DNA from: a virus
Lineage: Duplodnaviria > Caudoviricetes
Length of the DNA stretch: 41,478 nucleotides
Virus record (IMG/VR): IMGVR_UViG_3300043432_000155
Coordinates: 1 to 41,478 of that record
Direction: 5' to 3' (one strand)
Shown here: one piece after another, positions 27,338 through 35,209 of the stretch
Position numbering within the stretch: the first letter of the stretch is position 1
Layout: each line of letters opens with the position of its first letter
Position numbers and translations under genes: made by a program
Notes under the pieces: model-generated
Told to the model about the DNA's origin: nothing
Database searches by the model: none
Seen by the model: the letters and a program-made list of their open reading frames with translations, nothing else

Positions 27338-28622
27338 CTTCGATGCCCTTGCGGGCTACAACGCTGGGACAAGCGTTGCGGAGTTCTACCAGCCAACCGC
27401 CGGAAACATAGGCCCCGGTGGTTGGCTGCTAGACACCGCTGCAGCTAAGCAGCTCGTGTTTCGGTTCACCGCTGCTGACTTCAGCGCTGGGCCGATCACG
27501 GTTGTTGTTCACCACTACAATACGCTCGCCGGTGTTTCGGGTGCGTTCACGCTGTCGGCGAGCCTGGCCGCGCAACAGCCGAACGTAACGACCGAGTCTA
27601 CGCAGAACCCTGGACTCGACACGGCCGCGACTGCGTCGCCAGCGTTCGTGACGACGCAGTTTGCACCACAAGCCACAACGTTGACCGTGACAGCGGTGGA
27701 CGCTGCGGCGAATGGTTACCCCTGTTACTTGTCGCTGACCCGCACTGACGCCAACACGCTCGGCAACGTCGTGGTCTACGCGGTGTCGCTGAGCTACAGC
27801 GATGGAACTTCGGCGTTGGCTGGGCCTGCGACAAGCACAGTGGGCAACGTCCCGTTGTTCAACGCGGCGGATGGCACGCTGCTTCAAAACAGCTCGATCG
27901 TCGGGTCGAGAGTCGTGCAGTCACAGACATCAGCTCCGGCGAGCGGTACCGTCGCTGTGTTTTCGGGGACGGGCATCGAGATCACACAGGGTTCGAGTAA
28001 CATCAGCTCACTCGTAAAAAACACGGGTAGCAGCGTCGTAGCGAACAACCTGGTGAAGTTCTTTGACACGACCGGGCTCGATGTGCGCGACGCAGGCATT
28101 CCAGCTGCCAACGTTGTGAATGTGACTGGGCAAGCCACTGGCGACGCGGTGGAATGGAACGGCACGATATGGGTGCCGAAGCTGCACGCCGCCGCTGTGC
28201 TGGCATCGGCTTTTACCATAACATCTACGACTTTTGCAGACATCACTGGGCTTTCGGTCACGCTACCTAGAGCAGGCAGCTACGCAATCTCTGTCGGCGG
28301 GGCGTGCTCAACTGTAACAACTGCACAAGCTCTACAGTTCTGTTTCAACTTCACGGGCACGATAACCTCGATTGGTGCATCCGGACTATGGTCAACGCCT
28401 ACAGCCGGTTACTTTTCTTATCAAGTGCAGACTGCCAATAACGCATTGGCGCAAAGCGCGGCAACAGGCACTGCAGCCGCTAACGCTTTTATGCAGCTGA
28501 ACTACCGAGGTGGCATCACGGTTACAACGTCTGGAACACTCACATTCAGAGGGCTGCGCCCAACAGCGTCGGGCACAACAACGGTGCTTGCAGGTACATC
28601 TATGATGGTAATCGAGGTATAA
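27318..28622 (+). CDS. Tail fibre / receptor-binding protein
   Basis: N-terminal beta-sandwich, three GP..S..N.V..F..T.G-type shaft repeats, WNGTIWVP and a C-terminal beta head domain. Confidence 0.8.
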   Translation: MATVTHDFDALAGYNAGTSVAEFYQPTAGNIGPGGWLLDTAAAKQLVFRFTAADFSAGPITVVVHHYNTLAGVSGAFTLSASLAAQQPNVTTESTQNPGLDTAATASPAFVTTQFAPQATTLTVTAVDAAANGYPCYLSLTRTDANTLGNVVVYAVSLSYSDGTSALAGPATSTVGNVPLFNAADGTLLQNSSIVGSRVVQSQTSAPASGTVAVFSGTGIEITQGSSNISSLVKNTGSSVVANNLVKFFDTTGLDVRDAGIPAANVVNVTGQATGDAVEWNGTIWVPKLHAAAVLASAFTITSTTFADITGLSVTLPRAGSYAISVGGACSTVTTAQALQFCFNFTGTITSIGASGLWSTPTAGYFSYQVQTANNALAQSAATGTAAANAFMQLNYRGGITVTTSGTLTFRGLRPTASGTTTVLAGTSMMVIEV

Positions 28623-28882
28623 TGGCCAATCCACTCACATACCGACAACGCGCGAAGATGCATCAGAAGCAAGCCGCGGCCTACGATCGTATGGCAAGAC
28701 TGCAAATGCAGGAGGCCAACAACGCGTATGCGCCGCTCGGAGCGACCAGCACGATCGCCGACTGGAAGGACGTGATCGCGCTGTTTGAACAGGCGCATGC
28801 GTACGACCGGGAGTCTGACAGCCACGGCCAACAAGCCGCGGCGTACAACGCGTTAGCGGACGCGGCAGGAGAACCGGTCTGA
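28622..28882 (+). CDS. Small helical protein with QAxAYxx repeats
   Basis: Coupled ORF between the fibre genes. Confidence 0.7.
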   Translation: MANPLTYRQRAKMHQKQAAAYDRMARLQMQEANNAYAPLGATSTIADWKDVIALFEQAHAYDRESDSHGQQAAAYNALADAAGEPV

Positions 28883-28883
28883 C

Positions 28884-30665
28884 ATGACAATCAAGCTGCT
28901 AGGCGACTTCAACGACTACAACTCGCATGCGTTGTCGAGTGCTGCTGTAACAGCGCTTGCCTCGCAATGGACGCTTAGTTGCCTAGCACGCTTTGAGTCA
29001 TTTGGTACGACTGATGCTATTGAGATAATGACGATTTACGACAATCCTACAGGATTGTACGTAAACAAAGGCGTTTCAGTACAGATTACATCGGCTGGCG
29101 TGTTGCAGCTTGTCACTGGCGACGGCACGACTAACACCACTACGACCGGCATAAATCTAGTCACCGGTATCAACTACTGGATAGCTGTTGAGCGCACCAA
29201 CACCGGAACGCTAGTCGTTTGGACGCGACGCGTGAACGAGGCGGGCGATGCGGCGATACGCATCATTTCGCCTACAGCTGTCACTGTACCGGCTGGCATG
29301 ACGCACTTTGCGACGCAAACGCGAGCGGCTGGTCAGGCTTACTGGATAAGTCAGCTGCGTTTTGCGTCACATATTCTAGGCAATCTGTCGTCTGTGCACA
29401 CTGTGTCGCGCGTGCCAGACATCAACTTGCGCATCGGCAAGTTGCTGCACCGTTTGTCGTTCAATCGGACGTACGAGAACCCAAATGCGACACTGAAAGA
29501 CTCAGCGTCAAACGCGTCGGCCTACAACGGAACGTCCGAATGGAGCAGCAACCAGCACCTAGTGATGGTTGCGTCGCAGGCTAAGCACAAGCGACGCATC
29601 AAGAAGCGCGCGACCGTGGCGCGGCCAGTTGTCAGCACGTTCACCGGAACGCTGTGCGGCGCGCCGGCTGCGGTCATTCAGCCGCCAACACAACCCATCG
29701 TAAGCACCGGCACTACGACGACAGCCGCAACAGCTGCTGTCACAGTCGAGCGTTCCGTGGCTGCAACTGCAGCCACCAACGTTGGAGCGGCGACGGCTAT
29801 CGGTGCAAGCGCTGTGATCGTCGCAACTGCATCGACTGCGACGGCCGCAGCTGTCGCGACGGTCGCGGCTAGCGCGGCGATCAGCGCTACTGCGGCCACC
29901 ACAACAGCAGCTACCGCAGCCCTCAGCGTCGAGCGGTCGCTGGCATCTACTGCCGCCACCAATGCTGGAGCGGCTACGGCTATCGGAACGACCCGAGCTG
30001 TCGCCTCAACGGCATCAACCGCGACGGCTGCGACAGCTGCAGTCACGGCGAGCGCGACGGTCAGCGCGACAGCGGCCACTACAACCGCAGGCACAGCGCA
30101 AGCAGGCAGCGGTGTATCGACCGTTGCGGCGACCACGACGGGTGCTTCGGCTGGCATCGACCCGACCTACCCCGTAGTCAGCGTCAGTGCCACTACCGCG
30201 GGCGCAGCGGCGCGCCTAGTTGCCCCCGTAGTCAGCGTTGGGGGCACTACAGCGGGAGCGTCTGCCACGGTCGGCACGTCCCGAGCTGTGGCGTCCACGG
30301 CAGGCACGACGGCAGCCGCGGCAGCGGCTGTGACAGCCTCATCGGCCGTCCTGAGCGTCGCCAGCACGGCTAGCACTGCACAGGCGGCCAGTGTCGGGGC
30401 TTTCACAGACGTCGTTTCAACCGCGGCAACCAACGCCGGGGCTGTCGCACTTGCCCTAGCCGCGGCGAGGGCGGTCAACAGCACGGCCCGAACCGATACG
30501 GGCGCGCCCGGAGCGGGTGTTGGCGTCGTAGTGATCAGCCCGATCCTGTCGAGCTATGCCGGCGCGGCTGACACGTTCTGCCGAGCGCCGACGGCCAAGA
30601 TCACGGTCGGTCTGACGGTCCCGCCGAACCCCCGCAAGCGTGAGTGGCCATACCATCCGCGTTGA
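28884..30665 (+). CDS. Tail/appendage protein: LamG/ConA-like N-terminal domain and Ala/Thr/Ser/Val-rich repeat stalk
   Basis: WTLSCLARF...YWIAVER...ISQLRF lectin-like pattern, then about 330 aa of roughly 20-aa periodic repeats. Confidence 0.7.
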   Translation: MTIKLLGDFNDYNSHALSSAAVTALASQWTLSCLARFESFGTTDAIEIMTIYDNPTGLYVNKGVSVQITSAGVLQLVTGDGTTNTTTTGINLVTGINYWIAVERTNTGTLVVWTRRVNEAGDAAIRIISPTAVTVPAGMTHFATQTRAAGQAYWISQLRFASHILGNLSSVHTVSRVPDINLRIGKLLHRLSFNRTYENPNATLKDSASNASAYNGTSEWSSNQHLVMVASQAKHKRRIKKRATVARPVVSTFTGTLCGAPAAVIQPPTQPIVSTGTTTTAATAAVTVERSVAATAATNVGAATAIGASAVIVATASTATAAAVATVAASAAISATAATTTAATAALSVERSLASTAATNAGAATAIGTTRAVASTASTATAATAAVTASATVSATAATTTAGTAQAGSGVSTVAATTTGASAGIDPTYPVVSVSATTAGAAARLVAPVVSVGGTTAGASATVGTSRAVASTAGTTAAAAAAVTASSAVLSVASTASTAQAASVGAFTDVVSTAATNAGAVALALAAARAVNSTARTDTGAPGAGVGVVVISPILSSYAGAADTFCRAPTAKITVGLTVPPNPRKREWPYHPR

Positions 30666-30689
30666 CAGTCAGAGGCAGTTTGGTACCAT
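30662..30689 (+). promoter_or_regulatory. Internal sigma70-type promoter TTGACA-16-(TGg)TACCAT
   Basis: Perfect -35 and extended -10; the ATG follows 5 nt after the -10 (leaderless). Confidence 0.65.
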
Positions 30690-30694
30690 TTCAC

Positions 30695-31069
30695 ATGCAC
30701 ACAATCTTGACAACGTTCGCGATCTTACTCACCGCGTGCTCGGGCTACGTACTCGACTCCGAAGTGGGCGCGACAGCTGAACCGCTCGTATCCTGCCCTC
30801 GCGGCGACACCCTGGCACGCGCGAAGCTCGTAGCCGAGTGGGGTTGCTTGTGGTCAGATGAGACACACGCGTATGGCTGTGGCGGCGACGACGTTCGGGT
30901 GGAGCTGCTGCCCGTCTACGATGACGGGCCAGATGGAGATGGTGGGCTGCTCGCAGGGCACTACGAAGTCGAGAGCCGTGGTAAGCGCGGCAAGCTCAAA
31001 CCTCGTATCATCGCAACGCTGAACTGCACGTGCACGGGTGACTACGCATGTTCGATTCTCTACCAATGA
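30695..31069 (+). CDS. Cys-rich lipoprotein (124 aa), moron-like
   Basis: MHTILTTFAILLTAC lipobox, six further Cys and its own promoter. Confidence 0.75.
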   Translation: MHTILTTFAILLTACSGYVLDSEVGATAEPLVSCPRGDTLARAKLVAEWGCLWSDETHAYGCGGDDVRVELLPVYDDGPDGDGGLLAGHYEVESRGKRGKLKPRIIATLNCTCTGDYACSILYQ

Positions 31070-31179
31070 CGCGCGCTGTAGTAAAGCAAGTGCTTGAGCG
31101 TTGTGATAATGCAACGCTCAGTTGGATCATACTGGAGTATATCCCTAAGCTACTGTTTGAGCGGAGGACCACGAAATGA
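31066..31179 (+). CDS. Small protein (37 aa, MTRAVVKQVLERCDNATLSWIILEYIPKLLFERRTTK)
   Basis: Read manually. ATGA overlaps at both ends exactly fill the gap. Confidence 0.6.
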   Translation: MTRAVVKQVLERCDNATLSWIILEYIPKLLFERRTTK

Positions 31180-31490
31180 AGCCTACTGTCAATCCACAGG
31201 TTGTGCGAATCGCTTTGAGCGCTGCGTCAATGGTCGTTGCTCTTGGCGGCAGTCTGTTTGCACTATGGCAGCGCGGCGGCCTGACGTGGCAGACTGGCGT
31301 AATGACCGTGTTCGCTGGCGTCGCTGCGTGGCTGCAAGGCAAGCAGAGCGAAGCGCCTGGCGCAGTGCCTGTATGGGAGTTGCCCAAAGAGATACGTGAG
31401 AGCGTCAGTTCAACGATGCCGGTCGTAGCGGCGTATGAGTACAGCCAGCACAGCGCGCCTAGTGAGTCAGATCGTTCAGAGGGCGAGTGA
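31176..31490 (+). CDS. Putative holin (2 TM helices)
   Basis: RBS GGAGG, two hydrophobic helices and a polar tail, upstream of the endolysin. Confidence 0.6.
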   Translation: MKPTVNPQVVRIALSAASMVVALGGSLFALWQRGGLTWQTGVMTVFAGVAAWLQGKQSEAPGAVPVWELPKEIRESVSSTMPVVAAYEYSQHSAPSESDRSEGE

Positions 31491-31710
31491 AGCGATTTAC
31501 GACGTTCGTGGTACGACGCTAACAGCGGCAGAGATACTTGCGCTCGGGAACGCTGTACGCGCGGGTCTGGCCGCCGCTCTGATCGAGCTGAAAACGGGCG
31601 TCCTGCCTCCGCTACCTCCGACCCAACAGCCACGTCAAAAACAGCACCCTACGTGCTACGGGCTGCGCCCAGTGACACCGAGCGGTACGACTGGTAAGGT
31701 GCGGCCATGA
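31435..31710 (+). CDS. Hypothetical protein in the lysis cassette
   Basis: ORF coupled (ATGA) to the next gene; start uncertain. Confidence 0.55.
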   Translation: MSTASTARLVSQIVQRASEAIYDVRGTTLTAAEILALGNAVRAGLAAALIELKTGVLPPLPPTQQPRQKQHPTCYGLRPVTPSGTTGKVRP

Positions 31711-32021
31711 AACACATCATTGCCCTGTCCATTGTCTTGTCGTTGTCCACTGCGTGCGGCACGACCAGCAACAGCAATCAGAGCACGCTGCCTAGCGTGT
31801 ATTACAACGGTGGAGTCGCTGCGCTGAACGCGTATTGCTCCACTGTCGGCACCACTGACGCGGAACTAGGGCCGGTGTGCTCCGACGTTCTGAACGCCGT
31901 GAACATGTCGCAGCCGGTGGCTGCATCGGCTCTGAACTACATCATAAGCGTGCTGACCAAGCGTGAAGCGCGCGCAGCATACGATGCCAAAGAGATCGGA
32001 GTGCCTAACCAGTGCAAGTGA
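31707..32021 (+). CDS. Lipoprotein, possible outer-membrane spanin component
   Basis: MKHIIALSIVLSLSTAC lipobox, immediately before the endolysin. Confidence 0.7.
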   Translation: MKHIIALSIVLSLSTACGTTSNSNQSTLPSVYYNGGVAALNAYCSTVGTTDAELGPVCSDVLNAVNMSQPVAASALNYIISVLTKREARAAYDAKEIGVPNQCK

Positions 32022-32533
32022 TCGCGCGAGCCATCGACTTCATCGCTGCGCATGAGGGCTTCGTGCCACACATGTACCGCGACACTCGTGGCTATCTCAC
32101 GTTCGGCTACGGCTTCCGCCCGCCGATCGAAAGTTATCCATGGGTGCCGAGCATCGAAGAAGCACACGAGGATGCCGCGCGCATCGAACGCCTAACAGCG
32201 ACCGGCAAGAGCCATCGTTACTTCGCCAAGTTCTGCCGCGCCACGCTGCCGGAGGCCGCGTGCCGCAAGCTGCTGGCACACAAGATTCAGCGGCTGTACG
32301 ACTCACCAACGTTGGTGAGTGATTGGCGGCTCCACAAGCTGCCTGAGCCTGCGCAGGTCGCGTTGCTGGATATGGCCTACAACCTAGGCATCGCAGGGCT
32401 CGGCAAGTTCCTGCGGCTCAGAGCGGCGGTGAATACGGACAACTGGGAGATCGCCGCCAAAGAATGTACCCGCAACGGGCCGAGCGCAGGGCGTAATGCT
32501 GCGACAGCCGCTTTATTCTTGGAGTGTAGATGA
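32018..32533 (+). CDS. Endolysin, GH24 / T4-lysozyme-like muramidase
   Basis: HEG-x7-D-x5-T triad (HEGFVPHMYRDTRGYLTFGYG) and ALLDMAYNLG..GL.KF; GTGA-coupled start. Confidence 0.92.
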   Translation: MIARAIDFIAAHEGFVPHMYRDTRGYLTFGYGFRPPIESYPWVPSIEEAHEDAARIERLTATGKSHRYFAKFCRATLPEAACRKLLAHKIQRLYDSPTLVSDWRLHKLPEPAQVALLDMAYNLGIAGLGKFLRLRAAVNTDNWEIAAKECTRNGPSAGRNAATAALFLECR

Positions 32534-32898
32534 TGCAAAAATACGAATACGGGTTAGGCAGGGATTATCGCGTAATTGACGGCGACACGATCGAAGCGAC
32601 GTTGATATGTGCGTTTGCCTGCGATATTGGGTTTGGTGTGACCCAACGAATCGAAGCAGCGGCACGCGTCAAACTGCGACTTGCGCGCATCTACGCGCCC
32701 GAGAAAGACGCGCCAAGTACAGCGGCGCTTCAGTCGCTACTGGACACACACATCGGAACAGGCATCGTTGCATCGACGAAAAAGAGCGACAAATACGGGC
32801 GCTATTTAGTTGAGCTTGACGTGCTCGACGGCCCAAACATCAACAGTGAAATGCTGAGGCTAGGACATGCTACGACTGAACCCCTTCCGAAAGAATAA
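32530..32898 (+). CDS. Staphylococcal-nuclease-like (thermonuclease) protein
   Basis: VIDGDTI, RL..I.APE, DKYGRYL and IN.EML..GHA. Confidence 0.9.
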   Translation: MMQKYEYGLGRDYRVIDGDTIEATLICAFACDIGFGVTQRIEAAARVKLRLARIYAPEKDAPSTAALQSLLDTHIGTGIVASTKKSDKYGRYLVELDVLDGPNINSEMLRLGHATTEPLPKE

Positions 32899-33688
32899 GC
32901 CGTCAGGTTACGCGCTATGTGTAGGTCTAAACTCTGTATCACCAGACCACTACGGCGGCTGGAGTGGTGAGCTGAACGCGTGCGAGTACGACGCGCACGC
33001 CATGGAGAAGCTTCTAAAAAAGAGCGGTTTCGTCACCCGAACGTTGCTCACTCGCGAGGCAACATCAGCGGCGTTCGTCGAGTGTGTGTCTGCGCTGCAG
33101 CAGGTCGCAAAGTCAGGCGACACGATCGTTGTCACGTCATCCGGCCACGGTGGGCAGCTGAAAGACTACGATGGCAACGAAGCTGACGGCAAAGACGAGA
33201 CGATCTGTCTGTTTGATCGCCAGTTCATCGACGACGAGTTGAACAACCTTTGGGCGGGTTTCGCCAAAGGCGTACGGATCCTCTACGTGGCTGACTCGTG
33301 CCATAGCGGCACTGTGAGCCGCGCGTTTGGGGCGGCTGCGCTTCAGGGTTCAAAGGCCGTGCCTCGCGACGTGCTGGAGCGCACTGCGCTCGAAAACCAC
33401 TGGCTGTATCGTGAGGTAGCAGCGGCTGCGCGTGCTCGATCGAAGCCGATCAAGGCCTCGCTGCTGGCGCTCGGTGCGTGCGCGGATAACCAGCTCGCGC
33501 TAGATGGCATGTTCAACGGAGCATTCACCGAGGCGTTGCTTGAGGCGCGCCGCGAAAACCCGAAAGCTACGTACGGGCAGCTGCGGAAGCGTTGCGGCAT
33601 TCTGCTGCCCCCAACGCAGTCGCCGCAGTACACGTATGGCGGCGCGCGCTGCCCGGAGTTTGAGTCTGCGCCCGCATTCACGATCTAG
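32867..33688 (+). CDS. Caspase-family cysteine protease (peptidase C14, metacaspase-like)
   Basis: ALCVGLN, LNAC..DA, catalytic SGHG and DSCHSG, DGKDETIC, IDDEL, and p10-like AC.DNQLA..G..NGAFT.ALL...QSPQ. Confidence 0.93.
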   Translation: MLRLNPFRKNKPSGYALCVGLNSVSPDHYGGWSGELNACEYDAHAMEKLLKKSGFVTRTLLTREATSAAFVECVSALQQVAKSGDTIVVTSSGHGGQLKDYDGNEADGKDETICLFDRQFIDDELNNLWAGFAKGVRILYVADSCHSGTVSRAFGAAALQGSKAVPRDVLERTALENHWLYREVAAAARARSKPIKASLLALGACADNQLALDGMFNGAFTEALLEARRENPKATYGQLRKRCGILLPPTQSPQYTYGGARCPEFESAPAFTI

Positions 33689-33696
33689 GGCTTGGC

Positions 33697-33723
33697 GTTG
33701 GGGCTGGACTGGCCAGCCCCAAC
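33697..33723. terminator. Hairpin at the convergence of the late and early arms
   Basis: 11-bp stem GTTGGGGCTGG/CCAGCCCCAAC between convergent stops; no clear U-tract. Confidence 0.65.
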
Positions 33724-33728
33724 ACGCC

Positions 33729-33995
33729 TCATGCCTCGAATGACTCGTCTAAATGCCGCGCCAGCTTTTCAGCTGCATAGTCAAGCATGAAAGGCATGCT
33801 GTCAAAAGGCGCAGGAACCAGCGTGCGGTGATTCCTGCCAAACTGACCGCCTCGCGACATATACGTTAGCTGCACTTCAGTACCTGCAGCGGTCTTAGCG
33901 CGCATGTGGAAGGCTAAGCCGCAACGGGCCACGAAGCTGGTTAGCGGCGTGTCTAATGACTGCCACACATAGGCTAACTCAAAGCGCATAGTCAT
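33729..33995 (-). CDS. Hypothetical protein (88 aa)
   Basis: ATG at 33995 in ATGA overlap with the upstream micro-ORF. Confidence 0.7.
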   Translation of the reverse strand: MTMRFELAYVWQSLDTPLTSFVARCGLAFHMRAKTAAGTEVQLTYMSRGGQFGRNHRTLVPAPFDSMPFMLDYAAEKLARHLDESFEA

Positions 33996-34108
33996 AGTAA
34001 GGGTTTGATCGCCTTGTAAAAGCACCACCCCGCGAAGAACGGAGGGCACAGGATGCCAAGTAGAATGAACAACCACCAAGGCATACCGAAAGGTGTATCG
34101 TTGTCCAT
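33992..34108 (-). CDS. Small membrane peptide (38 aa, MDNDTPFGMPWWLFILLGILCPPFFAGWCFYKAIKPLL)
   Basis: Read manually. RBS AGGAG; TGATG and ATGA coupling. Confidence 0.7.
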   Translation of the reverse strand: MDNDTPFGMPWWLFILLGILCPPFFAGWCFYKAIKPLL

Positions 34109-34284
34109 CACATCACTCCTTCGCGAGCGAGCCGCACAACCATGTCGCGGATGGCTGCACGCACAGTAAGCAGATCCTCAACCAACGTCAGTACTTCGGC
34201 TGGCGTAGCGATCTCGGGCTGATCACGCAGTGTCTTCAAGGTCGCGTCAGTCATCTTGAGTAGTGGATTCTTCGTCAGCGTCAT
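34108..34284 (-). CDS. Small helical protein (58 aa)
   Basis: Read manually. RBS GAAAGGG; coupled to the next ORF. Confidence 0.65.
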   Translation of the reverse strand: MTLTKNPLLKMTDATLKTLRDQPEIATPAEVLTLVEDLLTVRAAIRDMVVRLAREGVM

Positions 34285-34387
34285 GTTCTTTTACCCTTTC
34301 GATCAGTTCTTCGACAACTTCTTCCCAGGTGTCTCCCGACACTCCAAGTTCTTTGAGATCATCCTCTAGTTTCTGTCTTCCTGGCAT
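34247..34387 (-). CDS. Small highly acidic protein (46 aa)
   Basis: Read manually (MPGRQKLEDDLKELGVSGDTWEEVVEELIERVKEHDADEESTTQDD); fills the gap between neighbours. Confidence 0.5.
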   Translation of the reverse strand: MPGRQKLEDDLKELGVSGDTWEEVVEELIERVKEHDADEESTTQDD

Positions 34388-34872
34388 ATGTAACTCCAAC
34401 CTGTTGCTGGCAGTCTGACTTTCACAGTCACGTTACGCGTGAACGTTCGCCACACCTTGCCGCGGCGGACAGAGCCCTCAGCTTCCAGCATGTCCAGATG
34501 CCGCCGCACAGCTGTTTCGCACAGCCCAGAACGCTGAACAATCTCAGTCGTGGTGCTCGGCTCCTGCGTTTGGCGCAGTGCCCCGATCACAGCTTCGCGC
34601 GCGTAGGTTGGTGTCTCAGGGCGTTTGCTCGGCCTCCCGTAGTTGAAAGGTTTGCGCTCGGGTGGGTTGGTCTGCCAGCGTTCGAGTAGCGCTTGAGCTG
34701 ACCGCATGTCCATATCACACGGTGTCATTTCGCCTAACTCAATCCGCCGGACGCGATGCTCAGACGTGCCTAGTATCGCGGCAAGTTCACGTTGCGTCAC
34801 TCCCAGGTAACGCCGTTTTTCGCGCAACTTCACCCATACTGCTGGTACGCTTTCGGGTACTTTTTCGTGCAT
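34366..34872 (-). CDS. Transcriptional regulator: XRE-type HTH and C-terminal winged HTH
   Basis: LREKRRYLGVTQRELAAILGTSEHRVRRIELG and STTTEIVQRSGLCETAVRRHLDMLEAEGSV. Confidence 0.85.
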   Translation of the reverse strand: MHEKVPESVPAVWVKLREKRRYLGVTQRELAAILGTSEHRVRRIELGEMTPCDMDMRSAQALLERWQTNPPERKPFNYGRPSKRPETPTYAREAVIGALRQTQEPSTTTEIVQRSGLCETAVRRHLDMLEAEGSVRRGKVWRTFTRNVTVKVRLPATGWSYICQEDRN

Positions 34873-35209
34873 CGATCCACTCCAGAACTTTGGTTTGAGC
34901 CTCTTTGAAGCCGTAACAGATATGCGCATCTGGCCCGAGTGCTGCGATCCACTCCAGTTGTTCGGGCGACACCTTCGACAGGCTCTTATTTGAGCGCTTC
35001 ATTTCGATCCAAAGCACAGCGTGGTCTTTGGGATCAACAATCATGTGGTCAGGCACACCGCGCTTGACGCCCAGGCGCTCCATGCGCTTAGCCGTGGCGA
35101 TGTTCATGTACGCCCCGTTTGGGATGTGTGTCGGCTTCAAATTTGGGTACGTTGCCGCAATCCAGCGACTGAACGCGGCAGATTCGAAGTCTTCGCTAGG
35201 GGTGCGCAT
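34787..35209 (-). CDS. VRR-NUC domain nuclease (probable Holliday-junction resolvase)
   Basis: HIPNG, GVKRGVPD, WIEMK and S.EQ..W. Confidence 0.9.
   Translation of the reverse strand: MRTPSEDFESAAFSRWIAATYPNLKPTHIPNGAYMNIATAKRMERLGVKRGVPDHMIVDPKDHAVLWIEMKRSNKSLSKVSPEQLEWIAALGPDAHICYGFKEAQTKVLEWIDARKSTRKRTSSMGEVARKTALPGSDAT

Noticed and set aside
27318-30665. Diversity-generating retroelement or invertible tail-fibre switch
   Set aside because: No reverse transcriptase or site-specific recombinase, and no template/variable repeat pair was noticed.
34366-34872. CI-like repressor implying a temperate lifestyle
   Set aside because: There is no S24 peptidase domain, no divergent cro arrangement and no integrase. 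The gene sits inside the replication operon.
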